Positions 48,981 to 55,537 of a stretch of 64,000 nt of DNA are shown here, in pieces. The translations under genes and the position numbers were made by a program. Positions within the stretch are counted from its first letter, which is position 1; each line of letters starts with the position of its first letter. The notes under the pieces are model-generated. The model searched no databases. It saw only the letters and a program-made list of their open reading frames with translations, and had not been told where the DNA came from. This DNA is from a virus (taxonomy: Duplodnaviria; Caudoviricetes). The stretch is from positions 2,268 to 66,267 of the IMG/VR virus record IMGVR_UViG_3300036855_000024; one strand, given 5' to 3'.

Positions 48981-49130
48981 AGCGTGCTATCCCAAGTTCT
49001 TACCAGGCTATCCGACCACCGTTTGCCTATTCAGTTGTGAGTGACGGTGATGCGGGTCAGTTGCATCCTGCACGACCAACTAGCCCTACATATAGCGTGC
49101 TGACCCATATCCTTACCGGGCTATCCGACC
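48981..49130. repeat. Two 37-bp direct repeats (31/37 identical)
   Basis: 48981-49017 and 49094-49130, AGCGTGCT..CCCA....CTTACC.GGCTATCCGACC. Confidence 0.8.
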
Positions 49131-49177
49131 GTCACCTACCGGCCATGTGTAGATGAGAATTATCCACTCAAAATACA

Positions 49178-49399
49178 TTAGGTGTTCGCCCACTTTTTCT
49201 GCTGAGTCAGCCACCGCTGGTGTGCTTCCTTAGCAGTCCTGACAGGTACCCCGAACTGGTCAGCAATAACCGCCCACGGAACAGGATCTGGCCCGCTCCT
49301 CATCTTAGTCATTCGCTGCATCTCTAGTGTGGTCCATTCACGCTGAGCCACTAGCTTACCTCTTTTCCAATTCCGTCTTGAGTAGATACGGAACCACAC
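49178..49399 (-). CDS. Small HTH-like protein
   Basis: WAVIADQFGVPVRTA; start uncertain. Confidence 0.45.
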   Translation of the reverse strand: MWFRIYSRRNWKRGKLVAQREWTTLEMQRMTKMRSGPDPVPWAVIADQFGVPVRTAKEAHQRWLTQQKKWANT

Positions 49400-49446
49400 A
49401 AGTTCAGAATTCAGAGTTCCTAGACTTGTGTGGAACCGTTAACGAC

Positions 49447-49620
49447 TCAGTAGGTCAGAGTGCCGTCCCCGATACCGGCCTTGAGCTGATTCTTGCTGTC
49501 GGTACTGAGTTCCTTCCATTCCTTTGCGAATGCGGTCAGTCCATTCCGAACGTCATCGCTCACGGTGCCGTTGCCAATCTTGAAAAAGTCGGCGACCTGC
49601 TTGATAGTTGCGTCGGCCAT
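49447..49620 (-). CDS. Small conserved-type actinophage protein (57 aa)
   Basis: Hand translation MADATIKQVADFFK...FAKEWKEL...KAGIGDGTLTY, with a GAAGGG RBS. Confidence 0.7.
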   Translation of the reverse strand: MADATIKQVADFFKIGNGTVSDDVRNGLTAFAKEWKELSTDSKNQLKAGIGDGTLTY

Positions 49621-50093
49621 TGTATTTGCCCTTCTAGTGAGTTAGTTATTTGGATTAGCTAGTCTGGTCGATTGATTCCAATAGTGGATGGCAGTCCCAC
49701 TCGACAACGTCGCGGGTTACTTGCTTCACTGGTGCCGATTCGTAGTCAGTAACCTCAACGGTTTCCTGACCAACTACCCTGGCAGTACAGACGGACTGGC
49801 GATTAGTAAAGAGCGACACTTGTTCCGCTCCCACTACAGCCATGTTAACGTAGAAAAACTCTCCCTTTGTGTTGCTTGTCTGTCTTGGCACCGTGCTTAC
49901 GCGCAAGCTGTGCGAAATCATGAAGATCACGCGCCGGATTATCGGTGTAGGACGAGACGTAGATAGCACCCAGGGAGAGAACCACACACTCAGCGAATTC
50001 CGGACTGTCAGCACACATCGCCGCTAGGAACTCAATAGTCTTCTGATCTTTGGTCATTGTTTGCCCTTCCTGGCTCTGTAGTCGATTGTGAAG

Positions 50094-50126
50094 CGGTGTA
50101 ACCACCTAGGTCAGGTGGTTACACCG
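50094..50126. repeat. 14-bp perfect inverted repeat
   Basis: CGGTGTAACCACCT-aggtc-AGGTGGTTACACCG. Confidence 0.85.
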
Positions 50127-50386
50127 GACGTAGTTTTTGACGTCTTTCTAATCGAGTTCAGGGCCAACATGTGCTTACATGCATACGGACCCATACCCTC
50201 GCGTTGAATGCCGTAGTAGAAACTCGGACACGTACAGGAGACCGGAGTGTAATCTGCTACGGTCACGACATACCGAGAGTTTGGATCTGACTTGCTCTGC
50301 ACCATTTCGTACCGTAGGAACAGCATGACTACTCTCCTCAATCGTACGTCATTTGCGGTCGGCCGCGCGGTAACCGCGCAAGACAA
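50111..50386 (-). CDS. SWIM zinc-finger protein
   Basis: YEMVQSKS...YVV...SCTCPSF...ACKHMLA; true start probably internal. Confidence 0.7.
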   Translation of the reverse strand: MSCAVTARPTANDVRLRRVVMLFLRYEMVQSKSDPNSRYVVTVADYTPVSCTCPSFYYGIQREGMGPYACKHMLALNSIRKTSKTTSGVTT

Positions 50387-50506
50387 AGTCTTATAGTTAT
50401 GCCCGGTAAGCGCCGGGCACGCTTCCCTAATTTGTAGCCTTCTGCCTACGGTTTGGATTACACAAACAAAAAGAATGCTACCGCCAACTAGTTGATTGGG
50501 CTTGCA

Positions 50507-50689
50507 TTACTTGTTCTCCCAAGAGTTGATAACAATTCCTTCAAGGTGAGGCGGCAGATTGTTATCCAAGTCAAAGTAGAGCTTTACGTCCTCACGAACA
50601 GAAACTTGCGGACCGTATTCCTGTTCCCACAGCTCTACATCCACGATGAGTGTGTAACTAGGAATACGTACCTTTAGTAGCTTCCCCAT
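50507..50689 (-). CDS. Hypothetical protein
   Basis: 60 aa with AGGAGAG RBS. Confidence 0.55.
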   Translation of the reverse strand: MGKLLKVRIPSYTLIVDVELWEQEYGPQVSVREDVKLYFDLDNNLPPHLEGIVINSWENK

Positions 50690-50726
50690 TAATCTCTCCT
50701 AGTACTGCATATGTTTTGTTAAAGAG

Positions 50727-50814
50727 TGGCGGATAGCGGAGTTGAACCGCGTGCAGCCTATGACAGCGGCACCCATGACCGGCCGATCTTGGTTATCATT
50801 CGGCAGTATCCGCC
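50727..50814 (-). ncRNA. Aberrant tRNA-like element (pseudo-tRNA, GUC-type loop, enlarged D region)
   Basis: GGCGGATA/TATCCGCC acceptor, GCGG-TTCAACT-CCGC T arm, CTGTCAT loop on a weak stem, GCCGA/TCGGC stem with a 13-nt loop. Confidence 0.55.
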
Positions 50815-50883
50815 ATGCTGTGGACACTTACGCGGTCCACTTACGTCCTTTCTACGTCAGTCTCATTGGGACTACGCGCGGTG

Positions 50884-51072
50884 TTACCACCGCGCCCGCG
50901 AAATCCGACGAACACCCCGACGCCTGAAGGCAATCACAATGCATATCATCACGAGGTCGAATACAGCCGGGATCCACAGCGGCGAAAGAACCCACCACCA
51001 CGACCAGCCGATTACGTGTCCGAGCTTCAAGCCAACGAATAGCACGGTCAGAAGTACGGTAAGCATTTCCAC
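50884..51072 (-). CDS. Small membrane protein (LKLGHVIGWSWWWVLSPLWIP type)
   Basis: Widespread phage Trp-rich TM motif. Confidence 0.75.
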   Translation of the reverse strand: MEMLTVLLTVLFVGLKLGHVIGWSWWWVLSPLWIPAVFDLVMICIVIAFRRRGVRRISRARW

Positions 51073-51124
51073 TTTTAGTTCTCCTAAAGTTCATTGGGAC
51101 TCACGGACGGGCTAAGCTATTACG

Positions 51125-51238
51125 TCAGCTCTTGTCCTCGCAGGCAGCAATCGTGGCGCCGCAGTCCAAGCAACTGACCAGTACGAGGGGACCGATCGTT
51201 ACAGACGTGGTGTTGGTATGTGGGCATGACTTAGACAT
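51125..51238 (-). CDS. 37-aa Cys-containing peptide
   Basis: MSKSCPH...CLDCG..., AGGAG RBS. Confidence 0.5.
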   Translation of the reverse strand: MSKSCPHTNTTSVTIGPLVLVSCLDCGATIAACEDKS

Positions 51239-51535
51239 GACTTGCTCCTAGTTGGTGTTGGGACTCACGGACGGGGGAGCACTAGGCTTTGTAACCTAGT
51301 GCTCCGAGAGGGTAAGGGTTCAGCTGGTGGTCGCTAGCACCAATCACGGCCTACTAGGTCTCCCTCTCCTATCCACCCGTTCCGAAGAGCGGGTGAATTC
51401 CAGCGTTGGAGGAAGGGTAGCGGCGATACCGTTACCACTGAGGTCTAATACAGATTGTACTACCGGCATTTAACGGTAGCCTACTGACGCCTACTGGGAA
51501 TTATTACGGATTCTCGCCGCTACCCTTCGGTGTGC

Positions 51536-51763
51536 TCACTTGCTGATTGAATAGCGCGACGGTGGCAGGTACATTACCAGGTGTTGGGCTAACTTTCTCT
51601 CTAACTCGTTCCTCTTGCGGCTGGCTAGGACCGTGCAATAGACAGGATCGGATATCCCTGCCACGAAGCCATTTTCCGTTACTTTGTGCACGCTGCTATT
51701 CAACCCTTCCCCGGTAATCCCCACGGTAGGGGACGGATGCGGGGGAAGTCTAAGACACGTCAA
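51536..51763 (-). CDS. Hypothetical protein
   Basis: The ORF's 5' part overlaps an RNA-like hairpin, so the start is probably internal. Confidence 0.35.
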   Translation of the reverse strand: MTCLRLPPHPSPTVGITGEGLNSSVHKVTENGFVAGISDPVYCTVLASRKRNELERKLAQHLVMYLPPSRYSISK

Positions 51764-51782
51764 TAATGCGTGACGGATCTAC

Positions 51783-51947
51783 TCAGTTCTTGACATTGGC
51801 AATCTTCGAGTAGACGAAGAGTTGGACACCGTTACCGGTAATCATCACCGGCACCGCATCTGTAGCGAACTCTTCCGCTTCCTTCATTGCCTCATCGAAC
51901 GTGTTGGTAGCGCTGACCAACTTAGCGCCCATCCAAAGAAAATACAT
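51783..51947 (-). CDS. Small hypothetical protein
   Basis: Start reassigned to MYFLW after the GGAGAA RBS; the track start lies inside a tRNA T arm. Confidence 0.6.
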   Translation of the reverse strand: MYFLWMGAKLVSATNTFDEAMKEAEEFATDAVPVMITGNGVQLFVYSKIANVKN

Positions 51948-51989
51948 GTGATTCTCCGTTTCCGTTCGTACGTTGATGTACGGAACTTG

Positions 51990-52179
51990 TGCCTTAGCCC
52001 GGAATCGAACCGGGATCAAATCGAGTACCTGTCCTGAGAGAGGGGGAGATAGACCTCTCTGCCAATACCCGTGTGATCGGTCTAGGTAAACTAGACTAGA
52101 CTATCTAGACGGGTGTTAGACACCGTGCTCTGCGCTCAAGCGGGTTACTCGATTTGCTCTGCCATTGAGCTACTAAGGC
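51990..52179 (-). ncRNA. tRNA-scaffold RNA with ~120-nt insert replacing the anticodon loop
   Basis: GCCTTAG/CTAAGGC acceptor, TA, GCTC-AATGGCA-GAGC D arm, AATCGAGTA/TACTCGATT extended stem, TGAT, CCCGG-TTCGATT-CCGGG T arm, discriminator A. Confidence 0.8.
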
Positions 52180-52198
52180 TTGCAACGTGCTGCACAGG

Positions 52199-52279
52199 TT
52201 AGTTCTTGAGGTTCGAATTCTCGTAGCCGGTGCATTCGCAACAGCCATCGATGACGTACTCGCTGCACTCGGTACACAT
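52199..52279 (-). CDS. 26-aa Cys-rich peptide
   Basis: MCTECSEYVIDGCCECTGYENSNLKN, with the same GGAAACGGAGAA RBS as the ORF starting at 51947. Confidence 0.5.
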   Translation of the reverse strand: MCTECSEYVIDGCCECTGYENSNLKN

Positions 52280-52806
52280 GTTATTCTCCGTTTCCGTTGA
52301 GCTACTAAGGCTTGGTGGCTCTCCGTAGAGATACGGAAGGCTGACAGACAATCTGGCGGATACTGCCGAATTGGCAGTGTGTCAACACCCTGGCGCGATG
52401 ATAGCGACTTATAGGCGATTAGCTGTCAGCAACCGTATTGCTACGTAGTGATTACATGTTCTGGTCCTCTTGCCTCTCCGGTAATCCCGACAGAACGGGA
52501 CGGATGCGGGAGAGGCAGATTGTGTAGCCGTTCCTCACAGCGGCACTGTGTAGCTAGGTGCGCTTCCGAGACAGTGGCTAACTAACTGGCATTTTTGCCC
52601 TAGGAGTAAACTCCGGGGCTACGCTCGCAGCGGTTCGGTATAACCCTTAGCTACTGGGGCGAACCGTAGATTCTCCCTCTACGGAGGTTTAAATTTGGTA
52701 GCTTGCCCGGAATCTGGGTCACCCTGGTCAATTCGCCTGCTGCGGGCCTGCCAGCGGTTCGAATATCCCTCGTGTCTCCGGGGGCCTTGCTTGCCTTACA
52801 ACGAGA

Positions 52807-52835
52807 ACACTACGGCTGGTCTGCGGTACTGTCAA
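52807..52835 (-). promoter_or_regulatory. Strong sigma70-type promoter
   Basis: TTGACA-17 nt-TAGTGT. Confidence 0.8.
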
Positions 52836-52952
52836 GGGTTTTTCGGAAAATTTCCCCCTGATACAGAAACTGGCCTCTGACCAGGGACTTTAGGGTTCCC
52901 TTAGCAGTCACAGGCCAGCTTCCAGATTGCCTAGCGCACGTACGCGCGTAGG

Positions 52953-53534
52953 TCACTGGAGACGCACGACGTCGCGGGAGTTGCTGTAGTTACCAGGCTT
53001 ACGCGGTTCGAGCAGCCGCTCCACCTCTGCCAGGTCATCGACGGTCCAACATGCCCTGACAGCGCGTTCGATGGTTCCGATCCTCACTGCCAGCGCTGAG
53101 GATGCTCTGGTGTCAGGTTCAGCGTTGAATGCAGTCAGCGCGGTCAGGAGGGCTAACACGCAGCCGACCAACAGTGCAGCGCCAGTGATGCCTACCCACC
53201 ACGGCACTGAGAGCTTTGCTGCAACGATCAGGGCCAGAGATCCCAGGATGCCGCTCAGTGCTCCCAGCTTTGCCCACAGAGACGAATCGTCGTGCGCACC
53301 CTGTCGGTACTGGTCGGCCTCTTGGTTGGCCTTGCCCCACTGCTCATAAAGCCCTATCAGGACTGGCCGTGCTACCCGGTAGGCAGTCCAGCGGTAATTA
53401 ACTCCATCTGCCTCGTCCTGGTGCCGCTGGTAGAGGTAGCTACCAGATTGAGCTGAGTCGCGAGCACGGCGCATCTGGGCAAGCTGCATTTCTAACTCGC
53501 TGGTCTCTTTATCCCACTCGTCCATGATTGCCAT
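52953..53534 (-). CDS. Membrane protein (2 TM, coiled-coil N-terminus)
   Basis: Start reassigned to MAIMDEW (GGAAAGGGAG RBS). Confidence 0.65.
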   Translation of the reverse strand: MAIMDEWDKETSELEMQLAQMRRARDSAQSGSYLYQRHQDEADGVNYRWTAYRVARPVLIGLYEQWGKANQEADQYRQGAHDDSSLWAKLGALSGILGSLALIVAAKLSVPWWVGITGAALLVGCVLALLTALTAFNAEPDTRASSALAVRIGTIERAVRACWTVDDLAEVERLLEPRKPGNYSNSRDVVRLQ

Positions 53535-53554
53535 GGTGGCACTGCTCCCTTTCC

Positions 53555-53737
53555 GTGACCGCGCGAGGCAAGCCACTACACGTACACCTTTCCTACTACC
53601 CCCGGGGGTCTGCGGGCTACACATCGGCGTTCTGCCCGTTAGGAGGGGGTGTCTGGCTACATGTGTAGTGCACGTGTAGCCCTCCTCGGCAGGAGACGTG
53701 TAGTGATCAAGTGTAGGGGCATGGCCCGCGCGGTCAC
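53555..53737. repeat. clt-like cluster of 8-bp CTACAC(G/A/T)T repeats bounded by an 11-bp inverted repeat
   Basis: Copies at 53576, 53617 and 53657 (forward, the last with one mismatch) and at 53661, 53672, 53696 and 53709 (reverse). GTGACCGCGCG 53555-53565 / CGCGCGGTCAC 53727-53737. Confidence 0.75.
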
Positions 53738-55293
53738 AATGAGTAGTATCTGTCATCTTCTGTCTTACTTATTACTGGCGGTTCGCACTTCATGAGATCA
53801 CCCAATATGTTAGTAACCACATTAGGGTTACGCACAATATCGTTAAAGTCTTCCTTTAGCTTGTCAATAATTTCCCCTCTAGACATCGGATTTCTACCGT
53901 TAATGTCATTATCTACTACTACAGCCTGTACTCTTGCTGCCCGTGTTGTGTATTTATCGGCAGTTGCTGTTACTTCGTGACCGTTGGATGCTTGAGTCTC
54001 GATTTGTGGGCTGTAGCTTTCAACCTCGGTATAATTACCGTCACCGTTGTTGGCTTCGTGCTTATTAGTTTCGTACGCTTGCATACGGAGGAATTTGGTT
54101 TCAGCTTCCATCAGTTCGGCTTCACTAGCTGGGCTAAGTAGGCTGTTCATAGACGTAGGGACCACCCCCGCTACCGGAGTATTCGTAGCGGTCTGCGGAG
54201 TAGTCAGGTAATCAAGAAATTCCTCTGTGACGTACTGGTGTCTGTTGGCATAGTCCTTCCCGAAGGCTTGTGCAGTACCCTCGTCAACCTCATGTGGAAT
54301 GTCTCTCCGGGACCAAGATATATCGCTTAGTGTCAATCCATCATGTAGCTTGCGCTTACCAGGGTCCTGAGCGTAAGGAATACGCAGTTTAAGGATAGGA
54401 TTACCGGGACCCAAATCAGCCCAACACTCCCCAGTATTGGCAGGGATATCCAAGTCATACCTACCAGTGACACGTCCAATAGAGAGGTGATCACGAATAC
54501 GGAATATAAATGCGAAACCCATCATTGCGGCAGTGGTGCCCCCCTCGTCGCCTAGGTTATCCTGAGTATCGCGTTGAGTGGACAACCACTCATACATATT
54601 AGCTCCAGCCGTTCCCCTGGCAACATCAGCTATAAGAGTGCTAGCGCCTTTCTCCTCGCCCCCGTAGATAGCCTTAACCATTCTGTTCTGCACTAAGTAG
54701 GTAACCTCATCGAGGATAAGAATTCCGGCAGGAAGGTGCTCACGCTTGGAGACCGGCCGAATGTTCATCCGGTAGGCAGCACCATTAAGAAATGCTGCAA
54801 TCATGTTGCACACGTCCTGGTGTCCGTGTGCAATCCAATCAATAGGAGCCTTGATCCCGGTGTCTAGGTATGGCTCTACCCATGCGGAGACGAAATCCCA
54901 CAGCTTCCACACACCGCCGATCCAGATGAAACAATCAGGGCACCGCGTCGCATGGGCAAGCATGATGTGAATCAGGCTGGACTTACCGCTAGTACTTGCT
55001 CCGATGACCTGGCCATGCTGGAGGAGATTCATCTGTGCTGGCTTCCTGTTGGTCCGGTAGCCAACGGTGCATAGTTCGCCAATAGACGTAGGAATAGACC
55101 CGTGTTTGTCCAAATATGGAATTACCTTAGAGGCAAACTCTGCTGACTCATAAACAGTAATGAGGAAGCGCCCGGCCTGCCCAGTTGGCTCGACAACTAC
55201 CTGCCCTTTATCTACTGGCTCTCGACTAGCAATGCTCAGCGCTGTAGCAATAGACTCGGCAACCTCGCCAACTGGAAAACTATACTTAGGCAT
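53734..55293 (-). CDS. FtsK/SpoIIIE-family ATPase with C-terminal winged helix (TraB-like)
   Basis: HGQVIGASTSGKS Walker A, ILILDE Walker B, STQR, GECW; C-terminal MSRGEIIDKL...VVTNILGDL...RYY. Confidence 0.8.
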   Translation of the reverse strand: MPKYSFPVGEVAESIATALSIASREPVDKGQVVVEPTGQAGRFLITVYESAEFASKVIPYLDKHGSIPTSIGELCTVGYRTNRKPAQMNLLQHGQVIGASTSGKSSLIHIMLAHATRCPDCFIWIGGVWKLWDFVSAWVEPYLDTGIKAPIDWIAHGHQDVCNMIAAFLNGAAYRMNIRPVSKREHLPAGILILDEVTYLVQNRMVKAIYGGEEKGASTLIADVARGTAGANMYEWLSTQRDTQDNLGDEGGTTAAMMGFAFIFRIRDHLSIGRVTGRYDLDIPANTGECWADLGPGNPILKLRIPYAQDPGKRKLHDGLTLSDISWSRRDIPHEVDEGTAQAFGKDYANRHQYVTEEFLDYLTTPQTATNTPVAGVVPTSMNSLLSPASEAELMEAETKFLRMQAYETNKHEANNGDGNYTEVESYSPQIETQASNGHEVTATADKYTTRAARVQAVVVDNDINGRNPMSRGEIIDKLKEDFNDIVRNPNVVTNILGDLMKCEPPVISKTEDDRYYSL

Positions 55294-55356
55294 TTCCTCT
55301 CACCTCCTATGAGACGCAATGAACACTCTAACTAAGTGTGTAACTCAGTCAGCGTA

Positions 55357-55527
55357 CTACTCTGAACCGCAGTAGCAATCCTCTTCGTCGTAGTCAACAT
55401 CGTCATCGTCATCATCGCACCCACTATCTGCGCACTCATCCGCCTCCTCTTCAGTGTTGTACTCTGAACCGCAGTAGTCGCATTCCCAGAATGTGTGGCC
55501 TTCGTCGGGATCATCGTAGATTCTCAT
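55357..55527 (-). CDS. Highly acidic Cys-rich mini-protein (56 aa)
   Basis: MRIYDDPDEGHTFWECDYCGSEYNTEEEADECADSGCDDDDDDVDYDEEDCYCGSE (hand translation). Confidence 0.6.
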   Translation of the reverse strand: MRIYDDPDEGHTFWECDYCGSEYNTEEEADECADSGCDDDDDDVDYDEEDCYCGSE

Positions 55528-55537
55528 GGTTTAAGTA

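Noticed and set aside
48981-49130. Possible mini-CRISPR array
   Set aside because: Only two imperfect repeats with a 76-bp spacer and no cas operon. The Cas4-like gene is a typical solo phage nuclease in the replication module.
50727-50760. attP consisting of a tRNA 3' half
   Set aside because: A matching 5' acceptor strand exists at 50807-50814, so it is a complete tRNA-like fold, and no intact integrase is nearby.
51706-51748. Known self-cleaving ribozyme (hammerhead, twister, HDV/theta)
   Set aside because: No CUGAUGA/GAAA core, no twister P4 arm and no HDV nested pseudoknot could be fitted by eye.
51990-52179. tmRNA or intron-containing standard tRNA
   Set aside because: It has a full D arm, is much shorter than typical tmRNA, has no evident tag ORF or group I core, and lacks Y32-U33 for a normal anticodon loop. 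Kept as an unexplained tRNA-like RNA.
53535-53756. N-terminal extension of track ORF 52953..53756
   Set aside because: It runs through the repeat cluster and overlaps the ATPase stop; a good RBS supports the ATG at 53534.
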